Position numbers and translations under genes: made by a program
Shown here: piece after piece, positions 47,533 through 59,000 of the stretch
Numbering within the stretch: the stretch's first letter is position 1
Layout: every line of letters begins with the position of its first letter
The notes under the pieces: generated by a model
Told to the model about the DNA's origin: nothing
Seen by the model: only the letters and a program-made list of their open reading frames with translations
The model's database searches: none
From: an uncultured Bacteroidales bacterium
GTDB lineage: Bacteria; Bacteroidota; Bacteroidia; Bacteroidales; UBA1402
Assembly (NCBI GenBank): GCA_942493385.1
Contig: OW818699.1
Location: 658,507-722,506, forward strand
DNA length: 64,000 nucleotides
Direction: 5' to 3'

Positions 47533-48867
47533 ATGAAGCGATTGGTAATCCTGGGTGCGGGGGAAAGCGGCACTGGAGCGGCAATTCTGGCCCAAAAGGA
47601 AGGCTACAACGTCTTCGTTTCGGATCTATCAGAAATAAAGCCGCAGTACAAAGCTGAACTGGACCAACGAGGCATCGCCTGGGAAGAAAAGCAACATACG
47701 GAAAGCCTCATTCTGAATGCGGACGAAGTGGTGAAAAGCCCAGGTATTCCTGACAAAGCTCCACTTATCAAGGCTTTGAAGGAAAAAGGCATTCACATCA
47801 TTTCCGAAATCGAATTCGCAGGCCGTTACACCAAGGCCAAGATGATCTGCATCACTGGCAGCAATGGAAAAACGACTACGACCTTGCTGACGTATCACAT
47901 CCTAAAAGGAGGTGGCTTGAACGTCGGTTTGGCTGGCAACATCGGAAACAGTTTCGCTTGGCAGGTGGCAGAAAAGCAGTTTGATTATTATGTGCTCGAA
48001 CTAAGCAGTTTCCAACTTGACAACATGTACGATTTCAAGGCGGATGTGGCCATTATGCTCAATATCACGCCTGACCATCTGGACCGTTACAACTACAACA
48101 TGCAGGAATATGTGGACGCTAAGTTCCGCATTCTTCAGAATATGACCGAAGCCGATTCCTTTATTTATTGGAACGACGATCCTTTGATTCGTGCCGAAGT
48201 GGCCAAACGCGAGATTCGAGCCCGCAAATTTCCATTCTCACTGAAGCGAGGTTCTGGCATCAAGGCATTCATCGAAAACCACTTGCTCGTAATCGATACG
48301 CCGGAGCAGCAATTCCAAATTGAGCAGGACGAACTATCGCTGATGGGCACGCACAACCTTTACAACTCCTTGGCAGCAGCGGTTTCGGCCAACATCACAA
48401 AGATTCGCAAGGAAAACATACGCGAAGCACTCAACAGCTTCGAAGGGGTGGAACATCGGCTCGAAAAAGTGGCCGTAGTCCGTGGCGTTACCTACATCAA
48501 CGATTCCAAGGCTACGAACGTGAATTCCTGCTGGTACGCGTTGGAATCGATGACCACACCGGTTGTGCTCATCCTAGGTGGCACAGACAAAGGAAACGAT
48601 TATACGGAGATTGAGCATTTGGTCATGGAGAAATGCCATACGCTCATTTATATGGGAGTAGACAACGACAAACTTCACCAATTCTTCGATGCCAAAGTGC
48701 CTGCTGCTTTTGATGCACGGTCCATGGAGGAAGCGTTGCAGCTTTCGTATGAACACGCTCAAAAGGGGGATACGGTTTTGCTTTCGCCCTGTTGCGCTAG
48801 TTTCGATTTGTTCCAAAACTACGAAGACCGAGGTGATCAGTTCAAACGGGGCGTATTAAAACTATAG
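47533..48867 (+). CDS. murD: UDP-N-acetylmuramoylalanine--D-glutamate ligase
   Basis: ILGAGESG Rossmann motif, ITGSNGKTTT P-loop, DSKATN. Confidence 0.95.
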   Translation: MKRLVILGAGESGTGAAILAQKEGYNVFVSDLSEIKPQYKAELDQRGIAWEEKQHTESLILNADEVVKSPGIPDKAPLIKALKEKGIHIISEIEFAGRYTKAKMICITGSNGKTTTTLLTYHILKGGGLNVGLAGNIGNSFAWQVAEKQFDYYVLELSSFQLDNMYDFKADVAIMLNITPDHLDRYNYNMQEYVDAKFRILQNMTEADSFIYWNDDPLIRAEVAKREIRARKFPFSLKRGSGIKAFIENHLLVIDTPEQQFQIEQDELSLMGTHNLYNSLAAAVSANITKIRKENIREALNSFEGVEHRLEKVAVVRGVTYINDSKATNVNSCWYALESMTTPVVLILGGTDKGNDYTEIEHLVMEKCHTLIYMGVDNDKLHQFFDAKVPAAFDARSMEEALQLSYEHAQKGDTVLLSPCCASFDLFQNYEDRGDQFKRGVLKL

Positions 48868-48871
48868 AAGC

Positions 48872-50095
48872 ATGGAAAAGGTCTATCAACTGTTTAAGGG
48901 AGACAAGATTGTCTGGATATTGTACGCTGTACTCTGTATTATTTCGCTGATTGAGGTTTACAGCGCTTCAAGTACCCTGACGTACCGCTCCCACAACACG
49001 ACGGGACCGATTATGAGGCACGCTATGTTTTTGCTGTTGGGTACTTTGGTGGTGATTATCATCCACAACATCAATTACAAACATGCTTCGGTACTTGGAT
49101 TCATCACGCTTTTCGTTGCGGTTATCCTATTGATACTCACGCCCATCATTGGAGTCAGGGTCAACGATGCCTCCCGTTGGATCGAATTTTTTGGCATCCA
49201 GTTCCAGCCTTCGGAGTTTGCGAAATTGTCGATGGTGATTTTGACGGCTTTTATCTTGAGTAAAAGCCAACGATCGCAGGAACAACTCAAGATTTCCTTT
49301 TGGATTATCTTGGTTTTGACCGGTGGTTTTGCCGTTCTCATCATTGGTGAAAACCTTTCCACCGCTTTGTTGCTTTGCATTGTGGTCTATGTCCTGATGA
49401 TTTTCGGACGGGTACCTTGGAGGCAAATGGGGAGATTGTTGCTGGCGGTTGCTGTGGCCGGAGGATTGTTCTTCTTTATCTTGTTTCTGATACCCAAGAT
49501 TGACAAGGTGCCTCGCTGGGAAACTTGGCACAACCGTGTTTACCTGCATGAACCTGGTGTGATGGAGGCCGGTTTCGAAATAACCAAAGCCAATTACCAG
49601 CCGGCACATGCTAAAATGGCCATTGCTAATGGTTCGGTCACTGGCGTTTTCCCAGGAAACAGTACGCAGCGGGATTATTTGCCACAGGCATATTCCGACT
49701 TTATTTATGCCATTATCATCGAAGAGATGGGCTGGTTTGGAGCTTTGCTCATACCATTTCTCTATTTGGTTTTGATGTATCGAGGGTTGCGGATCGCCAA
49801 AAAGTGTACCAAGATATTCCCCATGCTTTTGGTGATGGGCTCTACCATGATGATTGGTCTACAGGCTTTTATAAACATGCTGGTGGCCGTAGGCGCCGGT
49901 CCGGTCACGGGGCAGCCAATGCCGCTGATCAGTCGAGGAGGAACATCGACCATCATCACCTGCATCTATTTTGGAATCATTCTGAGCGTGAGCCGTTTTG
50001 CGGTTTCCGACGAAAATAATTCGAACGAGGTTACTCCCGAGGAAGAAGCACTTCAAGTGGAGGAACACGATGTCTCTAAAGAATACGGCGTATAA
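48872..50095 (+). CDS. ftsW: SEDS-family peptidoglycan glycosyltransferase FtsW
   Basis: Ten-TM SEDS pattern with QPSEFAK, DFIYAIIIEE and PLISRGGTS motifs. Confidence 0.9.
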   Translation: MEKVYQLFKGDKIVWILYAVLCIISLIEVYSASSTLTYRSHNTTGPIMRHAMFLLLGTLVVIIIHNINYKHASVLGFITLFVAVILLILTPIIGVRVNDASRWIEFFGIQFQPSEFAKLSMVILTAFILSKSQRSQEQLKISFWIILVLTGGFAVLIIGENLSTALLLCIVVYVLMIFGRVPWRQMGRLLLAVAVAGGLFFFILFLIPKIDKVPRWETWHNRVYLHEPGVMEAGFEITKANYQPAHAKMAIANGSVTGVFPGNSTQRDYLPQAYSDFIYAIIIEEMGWFGALLIPFLYLVLMYRGLRIAKKCTKIFPMLLVMGSTMMIGLQAFINMLVAVGAGPVTGQPMPLISRGGTSTIITCIYFGIILSVSRFAVSDENNSNEVTPEEEALQVEEHDVSKEYGV

Positions 50096-50106
50096 AAAAT
50101 AAAGCT

Positions 50107-51216
50107 ATGGACGAAATTCGCATCATTGTTTCAGGCGGTGGCACCGGTGGCCACATCTTTCCAGCCATTTCCATCGCGAATGCCTTAAGAGATCGTTATC
50201 CAGAGCGGGTCAAGATCCTATTTGTCGGTGCGGAAGGCCGCATGGAGATGGACAGGGTGCCTGCAGCAGGATACGAAATCGTGGGTCTGCCCATTCGTGG
50301 GTTCGACCGTGCCCATCTTTTTAACAACATCAAGATCTTGTATTTGCTTTTTAAAAGCTTGATCAAGGCCAGAAAAATCATTAAAACATTTAAACCGCAG
50401 GTGGCTGTCGGTGTCGGCGGTTATGCCAGCGGACCGCTTTTGAGGGCTGCCGCTGCGAAGGGAGTACCCACCGTGATTCAGGAACAGAATTCGTATGCTG
50501 GGGTCACGAACAAGTTATTGGCCTCCAAAGCTGCTAAAATTTGCGTGGCCTATCCGGGCATGGAACGTTTCTTTCCTGCGGAAAAGATCTTGCTGACCGG
50601 AAATCCAGTCCGTCAGGATTTGCTTGCAGGAGAAGATCTCAGAGCCAAGGGCCAAGCATTCTACCAATTGGATCCAGCCAAAAAGACCTTGTTGGTGATA
50701 GGTGGTAGTCTTGGAGCCCGAACCTTGAACGAAAGCATGATGGTTTATTTGGACGAACTGGAAGCGGCCACCGATTTGCAGGTGATTTGGCAAACGGGCA
50801 ATTATTATTTCCAGAAAATTCAGGAACGCCTTGCCGGTAGGACGTTGAAAAACGTGAAGGTGGTCGAATTCGTCCATCTGATGAATCTGGCTTACGCTGC
50901 CGCCGACCTGATTATTTCCAGAGCCGGTGCCAGTTCCATTTCTGAACTCTGTCTGTTGCAGAAGGCGGTTATTCTGGTGCCTTCGCCCAATGTGGCCGAA
51001 GATCATCAGACCAAAAATGCTGAGGCCTTGGTTAAGGAAGATGCAGCAATCATGGTAAAGGACGCTGAAGCTCGATCAACCCTGATTCCAAGGGCATTGT
51101 CATTGATCAGGCAACCCGAGAGACTTGCCACGTTGAGATCCAACATTCTGAAACTGGCTCAACACGACTCGGCTGAACGCATCGCCGATGAAATTTTCAA
51201 ACTGATTAAAATATAA
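50107..51216 (+). CDS. murG: undecaprenyldiphospho-muramoylpentapeptide beta-N-acetylglucosaminyltransferase
   Basis: SGGGTGGHIFPA, GGYASGP, GGSLGA and RAGASSISE motifs. Confidence 0.95.
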   Translation: MDEIRIIVSGGGTGGHIFPAISIANALRDRYPERVKILFVGAEGRMEMDRVPAAGYEIVGLPIRGFDRAHLFNNIKILYLLFKSLIKARKIIKTFKPQVAVGVGGYASGPLLRAAAAKGVPTVIQEQNSYAGVTNKLLASKAAKICVAYPGMERFFPAEKILLTGNPVRQDLLAGEDLRAKGQAFYQLDPAKKTLLVIGGSLGARTLNESMMVYLDELEAATDLQVIWQTGNYYFQKIQERLAGRTLKNVKVVEFVHLMNLAYAAADLIISRAGASSISELCLLQKAVILVPSPNVAEDHQTKNAEALVKEDAAIMVKDAEARSTLIPRALSLIRQPERLATLRSNILKLAQHDSAERIADEIFKLIKI

Positions 51217-52589
51217 TGGCTTACCACTACTCCCATATTTATTTCGTCGGCATAGGCGGCATCGGCATGAGCAATTTGGCCAGGTATTTCCGTACCAGAG
51301 GCAAGGCAGTGGCTGGATACGACCGCACCGAAACGCCGCTGACCCAGCAATTGGAGTCGGAAGGCATCGAGGTGCATTATACGGAGGATTCAGCCGCCAT
51401 ACCCATCGATTTCCTTAACGCTGCCACGACGCTGGTTGTGCGAACACCCGCTGTTCCCGAAGACCATGCCGAACTTCGCTTTTTCCGGAAGAACGGCTAT
51501 AAGATTCTGAAACGCGCTCAAGTGCTTGGTGCCGTTTCGCAGGACAGCCGCAGCCTCTGCATCGCCGGAACTCACGGAAAAACCACTACGACTACGCTGA
51601 CGGCACATCTTTTAAGGCAGTCTCATGTAGATTGCAATGCTTTTTTGGGAGGCATTTCCAACAATTACGACACCAACCTGCTGTTGAGCGACAAGAGCGA
51701 CCTGACGGTAATCGAAGCCGATGAATACGACCGTTCCTTTCACCAACTCACGCCCTACATGGCCGTCATTACCTCGGTGGATGCCGACCATCTGGATATT
51801 TACAACACGCATACCGAGTACCTGGAAAGTTTTGCCCATTTCACGGAATTGATTCGCCCCGACGGCTGTTTGGTCATTAAAAAGGGACTCCCGCTGAAAT
51901 ACCGCCTGCAAAAAGGCGCCAAAGCCTATACCTACAGCGTCGAGGAACATGCCGATTTCTACGGTGAAAAGGTGCATTATGAGAACGGTCGCTTGTTTTT
52001 CGATTTCTATTACCCTAGCGGAAGCATTCTGAATATGGAGTTGGGCGTTCCCATCCGCATCAACGTGGAAAATGCGGTGGCAGCCATGGCTCTGGCACAT
52101 CTCAGCGGTGTAACTGATGAGGAATTGCGCGCAGGCCTGGCTTGTTTCAAAGGCAGCAAGCGCCGGTTCGACTTCAGGGTTCGTCGGGACGATTTCGTTT
52201 ACATCGACGATTACGCCCATCACCCCGAAGAATTACGCGCCAGCATCCATTCCATCAAGGAACTGTACCCGGGCAAAAAGGTGACCGGCATTTTTCAGCC
52301 ACACCTTTACAGTCGAACTCAAGATTTTGCCGATGCGTTCGCAGAAGTACTGTCAGAACTCGACGATTTGATCCTTTTGGACATTTATCCGGCACGTGAA
52401 TTACCTATACCTGGAGTCACTTCCGAGATGATTCTTAAGAAAGTGACGAGTCGCTCAAAAACAGTTACTTCGCTCGATAAAGTTTTTGACCTATTAACCC
52501 AAAAGAAACCAGAAATCTTGGTAACTTTGGGGGCCGGAAGTATTGATACGCTGGTGCCTGAGCTCACAAAACGCTACGACGCATGCTAA
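51216..52589 (+). CDS. murC: UDP-N-acetylmuramate--L-alanine ligase
   Basis: FVGIGGIGMS, AGTHGKTTTT and DDYAHHPEE motifs. Confidence 0.95.
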   Translation: MAYHYSHIYFVGIGGIGMSNLARYFRTRGKAVAGYDRTETPLTQQLESEGIEVHYTEDSAAIPIDFLNAATTLVVRTPAVPEDHAELRFFRKNGYKILKRAQVLGAVSQDSRSLCIAGTHGKTTTTTLTAHLLRQSHVDCNAFLGGISNNYDTNLLLSDKSDLTVIEADEYDRSFHQLTPYMAVITSVDADHLDIYNTHTEYLESFAHFTELIRPDGCLVIKKGLPLKYRLQKGAKAYTYSVEEHADFYGEKVHYENGRLFFDFYYPSGSILNMELGVPIRINVENAVAAMALAHLSGVTDEELRAGLACFKGSKRRFDFRVRRDDFVYIDDYAHHPEELRASIHSIKELYPGKKVTGIFQPHLYSRTQDFADAFAEVLSELDDLILLDIYPARELPIPGVTSEMILKKVTSRSKTVTSLDKVFDLLTQKKPEILVTLGAGSIDTLVPELTKRYDAC

Positions 52590-53320
52590 AAAAGATACTT
52601 GGAATATTGGCGGCCTTGGCTATGCTGGCTTATCTGATTTTTGCCATCGTGCAATTTTCGGCAGTGCCAGGCGAGCAAAAATGCAGGGAAGTCGTTATCC
52701 AAGTGATGGACAGTACGGATCGTGCCTATGTGAGCACACCTGAAGTCAGGCAATTGATGAAACTGAACAGCCTTGAACTGATCGGGCAGCGGCTCGATGA
52801 AATCCGTTACAGGAGGGTTGAGTACGTGGTTTCGGTCATGCGCATGGTTCGTAGGGTTGACTGTTTTTCCACCAATTCGGGCAAGGTCATCGTCCGGATT
52901 TGGCAATATTCGCCGGTTTTGAGGATCATGCAGGAGCAGGGCAACTTTTACGTCGATGCTACCGGACAGCGCCTCGAGATTAGTTTCAATTCGGCAGCCA
53001 ACGTGCTGGTGGCATCCGGTTCCATCCGTGATTCCGTTCACATCAGGCGGTTGTATCGAATGGCAATGTTGCTCCGTCAAGATCCGTTTTGGGATGCTCA
53101 GATTGTTCAGATCTTTGTGAAACCGAACGGAGAATGGATTTTGGTACCAAGGGTTGGAGGCTATGAAATTGAGTTCGGCCTTCCAAACGAAGTGGAAGAT
53201 AAACTCATGAGGCTTAAGCTTTTTTATCAGAAAGCGTTGCCGAAAGCAGGCTGGGAAAAGTATTCCAGCATAAACGTCAAATACAGGAAACAGATAATAT
53301 GCACCAAAAAAGTGGAATGA
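52583..53320 (+). CDS. ftsQ: cell division protein FtsQ
   Basis: N-terminal TM helix followed by a POTRA-like region. Position between murC and ftsA. Confidence 0.75.
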   Translation: MLKKILGILAALAMLAYLIFAIVQFSAVPGEQKCREVVIQVMDSTDRAYVSTPEVRQLMKLNSLELIGQRLDEIRYRRVEYVVSVMRMVRRVDCFSTNSGKVIVRIWQYSPVLRIMQEQGNFYVDATGQRLEISFNSAANVLVASGSIRDSVHIRRLYRMAMLLRQDPFWDAQIVQIFVKPNGEWILVPRVGGYEIEFGLPNEVEDKLMRLKLFYQKALPKAGWEKYSSINVKYRKQIICTKKVE

Positions 53321-53321
53321 A

Positions 53322-54674
53322 ATGAATGGAACAGCCGATTATGTAATGGCGATCGATCTTGGAAGTTCAAGAATCGTTGCGGGTCTGGGTAAAAGGGACG
53401 CGGAAGGAGCAATCCGTATCATCGCCCTCAAGCAGATGCCTTCCGATTCGGAGATTCGTCGCGGCATCGTACACAATATTGAAGATGTAGCCGGAACTGT
53501 CCGTAAACTCAAGGAAGACCTGAGCAATTCACAAACCCCACCGTTGGTTGTGAACCACGTTTATGTCGGGATAAATGGTTATACACTTCGGACCAAAGAC
53601 GTGCATGTGTTCTCACAATTTGCAGGAACCGAGTTGTTTACCGAAAAGGAACTCGATGAGTTGACGGATCAGATTCCCGAAAACCTGCCCGAAGATTTTT
53701 ACCCGATCAACGTCTATCAACAAGAATTCTTGGTGGATGGAAAGCTCGATCGCAGCCCCATCGGTACCACTCCGAAACAAGTGGACGCCCATTTCAAGGT
53801 TATTGGAGGTATTGAGGATGTAGCCAGAAAGACCGAAACCGCTTTCGAAAGCATCAAACTGAGCGCGAATCTGGAACTCGGGCCCATCGCTTCCGCAGAA
53901 GCCGTTCTGATGCCTGAAGAAAAATCGAAGGGTGTCGTTTGCGTGGATTTCGGTGCTGAAACTACTTCCATCTGCATTTATAAAAACGAATTGGTCCGCT
54001 ACGTTTCCGTTCTTCCTTTCGGCGGTCGGAACCTAACGCTTGATTTGTTGCAACTCAATCTCGATGAGGAAGATGCCGAAAGCTTGAAACTGCTGAAAGG
54101 TACTGCCCTGCATTATACGGATTTCGAAGCGCAAGAAGGCGAGGAGCCTTTCACCAAGGAAGACCAAGAAGTCAATGAGATTCTGGTGGCCCGCATCGAG
54201 GAAATCGTCGAAAATATTTGGGCGCAGATCAACCGTTCAGGCATTGAAACCAACAAATTGCTTTCCGGCATTGTCATAACCGGTGGTGCATCCAAGTTGC
54301 CCGATTTAGAAAAACTGCTGGCACGCAAAACAGGTTTGCCAGTCCGCAAGGGTGATTCTTCCATGTATTTGGATGCGAATTCAGCAGCTGTGTTTGGAAA
54401 GCCTGAATATGCCAGATGCATCGGTTTGATTTTGCTGGGTAAAGATGGCTGCTTTGCCATTGTCGAAAAAGAACCTGTCGTTGAAGTGGTAAAAACGCCT
54501 GTGGTTCACGAACAAACCTTGGAGGGTTTCCCTGAAGAAAAGCCAATCATGCAACCTAGAAAACCGGTCAAAGAAAAGCACGTTAAGCCCCCAAAACCGC
54601 CCAAAGAACCTAAAACCGGCGGATTAAAGAATATTTTTGGTAGCATTACCGACTTCCTCAACAACGATAACTGA
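53322..54674 (+). CDS. ftsA: cell division protein FtsA
   Basis: Actin-fold motifs (AIDLGSSRIV, VDFGAETTSI, VITGGASKLP). Pro/Lys-rich linker and C-terminal amphipathic GLKNIFGSITDFL. Confidence 0.9.
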   Translation: MNGTADYVMAIDLGSSRIVAGLGKRDAEGAIRIIALKQMPSDSEIRRGIVHNIEDVAGTVRKLKEDLSNSQTPPLVVNHVYVGINGYTLRTKDVHVFSQFAGTELFTEKELDELTDQIPENLPEDFYPINVYQQEFLVDGKLDRSPIGTTPKQVDAHFKVIGGIEDVARKTETAFESIKLSANLELGPIASAEAVLMPEEKSKGVVCVDFGAETTSICIYKNELVRYVSVLPFGGRNLTLDLLQLNLDEEDAESLKLLKGTALHYTDFEAQEGEEPFTKEDQEVNEILVARIEEIVENIWAQINRSGIETNKLLSGIVITGGASKLPDLEKLLARKTGLPVRKGDSSMYLDANSAAVFGKPEYARCIGLILLGKDGCFAIVEKEPVVEVVKTPVVHEQTLEGFPEEKPIMQPRKPVKEKHVKPPKPPKEPKTGGLKNIFGSITDFLNNDN

Positions 54675-54688
54675 TCAACCCTACGACT

Positions 54689-55915
54689 ATGGACGATATA
54701 ATGGATTTCGATTTTCCAACGGTGGCAAAGACCATCATCAAGGTCATCGGTGTTGGTGGCGGCGGTAGCAATGCCGTGAACCACATGTACAAGGAAGGCA
54801 TTCAGGATGTGACCTTCATGCTTTGCAATACCGACAATCAGGCTTTGCTTCATTCCTCCGTACCCACGCGGCTTCAGCTCGGTATTGAGACAACCAAAGG
54901 CCTTGGTGCAGGGAATGACCCAGTCAAAGCACGCCAGGCAGCCGAAGAAAGCTTGGAAGACATTCGCAAGGCATTGAACGATGATACCCGCATGGTATTC
55001 ATCACGGCTGGTATGGGTGGCGGAACCGGAACCGGTGCTGCTCCAGTCGTAGCCGAAGTGGCTAAAGGCATGGACATCTTGACGGTTGGCATCGTGACCA
55101 TTCCGTTCGAATGGGAGGGCGATTCCAAAATTGACCAGGCCTTGGACGGTGTGGAAGAAATGAGCAAGCACGTAGATGCGTTGTTGGTGATCAACAACGA
55201 GCAACTTCGCCGCATTTACCCGGATCTCGAAATTAAGGATGCTTTCAAAAAAGCCGACGATACCCTAACCATCGCTGCCAAGAGCATAGCCGAAATCATC
55301 ACCGTTCCTGGTCACATCAACTTGGACTTTGCCGACGTAAGCCGTGTGATGAAAGACGGTGGCGTTGCCATCATGAGTACAGGCTACGGAGTAGGCGAAA
55401 CACGTGTTTCCGATGCCATGACCGATGCCATGAACTCACCGCTGCTCAACAACAACGACGTGTTCAATGCTAAGAAAGTATTGTTCAACATTTCCTGCAG
55501 CGAAACCAAAGGTCTGTTCATGCACGAAATGGGCCAGATCAACGAATTTATGAAGAAATTCACTTCCCGCTTGGAAGTGATCTGGGGTATATCCTTCGAC
55601 AATTCTTTGGGCGATCAACTCAAAGTGACGCTGTTGGCTACTGGTTTCAACATCCAGAATATTCCTCACGCAGGTGAACGGACTCAGAAAATGTCGGATG
55701 ATGAGCTTCGTAAAGTGCAGGAAGCCAACCAGAAACGCGACGAATGGAAGCGCACGCTTTACAAAAACAAACTCGAAAAAACACCGCGCTACAAAAAGTA
55801 CGAACCCTACGTGCTAACCGATGAGCAAATGGACAACGATGCGGTGATCGATTTGCTGATTCAAGAGCCGGCCAACAAGCGGGACAGCAATTTTCTGTCG
55901 CGAGTGAATTTTTAA
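54689..55915 (+). CDS. ftsZ: cell division GTPase FtsZ
   Basis: VIGVGGGGSNAVN, the tubulin signature GGGTGTGAAP and the NLDFADV motif. Confidence 0.95.
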   Translation: MDDIMDFDFPTVAKTIIKVIGVGGGGSNAVNHMYKEGIQDVTFMLCNTDNQALLHSSVPTRLQLGIETTKGLGAGNDPVKARQAAEESLEDIRKALNDDTRMVFITAGMGGGTGTGAAPVVAEVAKGMDILTVGIVTIPFEWEGDSKIDQALDGVEEMSKHVDALLVINNEQLRRIYPDLEIKDAFKKADDTLTIAAKSIAEIITVPGHINLDFADVSRVMKDGGVAIMSTGYGVGETRVSDAMTDAMNSPLLNNNDVFNAKKVLFNISCSETKGLFMHEMGQINEFMKKFTSRLEVIWGISFDNSLGDQLKVTLLATGFNIQNIPHAGERTQKMSDDELRKVQEANQKRDEWKRTLYKNKLEKTPRYKKYEPYVLTDEQMDNDAVIDLLIQEPANKRDSNFLSRVNF

Positions 55916-55985
55916 ACAATTTTTCCCTTCATGTATGGGAATTGTAAAGAGCAGTCTTAGTATATTTGAGGCTGCTTTTTGTATT

Positions 55986-55993
55986 TATTTTTG
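55986..55993 (+). promoter_or_regulatory. candidate -7 box (TATTTTTG)
   Basis: TAnnTTTG match 47 nt upstream of ATG 56040. Confidence 0.4.
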
Positions 55994-56039
55994 TAGCAAG
56001 TGTTTTTCATTTTATTTTCGAACATTAAAATAAGTATTT

Positions 56040-59000
56040 ATGAGAAAATTTACCTTAACGCTTTTGAGTTTGCTTTTAATTGCAGGCTTAGAGATGTTCG
56101 GTGCCAGTTTGCCTTTGAAAGGCGGCTATTATCGAATTCGGAATTTTACAGCCAACACCTTTATTGGTGGGACAGGCACCGGTAGCGGCTCGGTTATCCA
56201 CCAGTTGCCATCTGTTGACTCACTTTTTCAAATTTTCAAGGTGACACTAAACAGCACCAACGGCTATTACAGCTTTCAACAGAAAGAGAGCGGCTTGTAC
56301 ATCACCCACGACAATTCATGGAATGGTTCCTTTGCCGCCAAAGTTGCAACGACTCGTCAGAGCTGGTTCATTGACAATGTAACTTCGGTGGATTATTGCA
56401 CCATCAACCGTGTTAAGGATGACAATTCCCATACTGCTGGAATTGGATATGATAATGCAGTTGCTGGTAATTCACTTTACATGGATAAGACCATCAGCAG
56501 GCAAAACAAATGGATTTTCGAGCCCATTATCTCGTTGGATCTGGCAGATCTTCAAACCTTGGTCAATCAGGCCACTGCTTTGAGCGCCACTGCTTTGGCA
56601 AGTCAGATTTCCGCAGCTTCAGCCTTATTGACCAGCACCATCGAAGCAGATATCCTCACTGCAACGTCAACCTTACAAACCGCCATCGACAATTACAAGA
56701 TCACAGCTTTGCTAGAAAGTGCTGCTAATGCAACGCAGGAGTCACCTGTTGATGTCACTGGACTTTTAGCCAACCCCTCTTTCGAAGATGGATTAACTGG
56801 ATGGACCAATACTGGTTTTGCCCTTCAGAGCAATGCATGGCCCAAGAAAACAGGCACTTATTTTACGGAGAAATACATTACTTCCTCTTCCACAACCGTT
56901 CAAGGTGTAGCCAATGCCTCCATTGTTCAAACTCTGAAAATGTCTGTTCCGAACGGAAAATACAAACTCATCGCAGTGGCTCAGGGTCTTCAGCAAGCAT
57001 TCCTACCTCCACTTGCAATATCCCCGACGGGTGTGTCGCTCTTTGGCAACCTCGCTTCCATTGAAGTTGGTGATTCCGCTCTATATACTTTGGAAAACAT
57101 CATCGTAGTTGACAAAACATTGACAATTGGTCTTAAAACCATAAGCGCAACCGCCAATTGGGTTGCTGCTGATAATTTCCAATTGCTCTATCAAGGTGTC
57201 GATTTGAACGCACTTGCCAATACGCTGAGCGGATTGGTTACAACAGGTAGCAGCATTACTGGTGTCATTCAAACGGCTGCTTCTGCCGAACTTGCAGCTG
57301 CCATTGCCGAAGCCAACACCGTATTGAGCAATAGGACGGAGGCAACTTTGAATGCTTCCATTACGCGCATTAATGCAGCCATCATTGCTGTAAACGCTTC
57401 AAAAACGACGTATATAGATCTGAACAACAGCGTTATAGCTGCTAAAGCTGCCGTTGCCCTGTACGATGACCCTCAAATCAATAAAACAGTCGTCAATGCT
57501 GATATTGCGCTAGCACAAGGTATTTATGACACCCACCTTTTGGATGTGACCGGCACCAATGCCGCCAAGGATTCATTAGTTAAGGCTGTTTTAAATTTTC
57601 AAATGGATAATGCCTCGCTAAATATTCCTGTCGTGCTGACATCACTGATAGTCAATCCAGGATTTAGCACAAACTCCGGTACCGGTTGGACGGGAGCAAA
57701 CGGCGCGGGTAATTTTTCTGAATATGAGCTTTATAATAAATCCACGATTGATTTTTATCAAACCATCACTGGCTTGCGCAAGGGTCAATACATGGTTACC
57801 GTTCAAGGGTACCATCGTCCAGGCGACCATTCGGATGCAAAAGTTGCGGCACATAATGATGGTTCAGAAGTCATTCCGGTCGCTTTGTATGCCAATACCA
57901 AAACATCTCCTTTGCTTTCAATCTATTCAGACCCAACGTGTACTTCTACCACAGGCACTTGGATAGCTGGTGACGGTGTCATTTATCCCAACAATATGGA
58001 AACTGTAAGTATCATGTTCGCGGCAGGTAAATATAGTGGGAATTCGGTCATCGGTTATGTCGGCGACGACGGAATATTGAAGTTAGGTATTAAGACGATC
58101 GGAACCCCTGCAGCCAACAGTTGGAGCATTTTTGACAACTTCAAATTGAGCTATGTGGGATTGCCGGAATTGGAAGGTTACTTGATCGATCTTGAAACAA
58201 TTTCCATTGCTGCCAAGGAGTTTATGGGCGGAATTGATTCAATAACTCAAGTTTCTCCCAAAGGCGAGAAGGTCATTGGAAAATACCTCAACAGTGATTG
58301 GACTAAACTTGACAGTTTATTAATTGTTGTCGATAATGTCATTAACAGTTATGTTGATCAGTTATATACTGGAACGGTTTCTGATGTATTGAATCTTCAA
58401 AGTGCGGTTGTTTCTGCAAGAAATGCGTTGGTGCGCTATTTACCCATGAACGAACTGCCCAATGGTGAGTATTACATCAAAATTGCCGATATGTTCTACT
58501 GGAACAATCCTGGCATCGATGTCCTTGTGGATGGTACAAATCCGAGTGTCGGAAATTCTGGTTTGGTCATGGATTTGAACGTAACCACCGGCGCACAGAT
58601 TGTCAAAGTGGCCAAACTTTCTGGCGTGGATAACATAACTGCCATTACCAGGTATTCCATGTTCAGCCTCCTTGATGGTCGTAACATCACCGAAAGATGT
58701 GTATTCCAATCGACTTGGGGCACCTGGGACGGCGGTAGCGATGACGAATGGCGCACCCATAACATTTATTACAATGGCACCGGGTATGCTGTACAAGCTG
58801 CTGGTAGCTCCTCCAATAGAGGTTACTGGGCGTACATGACAAATGATCAGACAATAGCTGCTTCCAACATCGGAACCGCTTCAGATACCAATTATGTATT
58901 TAAGTTCATTCCTGTTAAAACCATCTTTGCAGATGAAGTTGTAAAAGGAAGAACATCCTTCAACAGTGCTGTCGTTGGTCCTGAAGCCAGTCAGTATTCT

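Noticed and set aside
40881-55915. Absence of murF and ddl from the dcw cluster.
   Set aside because: As far as I know this gene order is the normal Bacteroidota arrangement, so it is not an anomaly of this window.
55951-55980. Possible terminator after ftsZ (GCAG..CTGC followed by TTTTT).
   Set aside because: The stem is only 4-5 bp with a ~17-nt loop, which is too weak to call.
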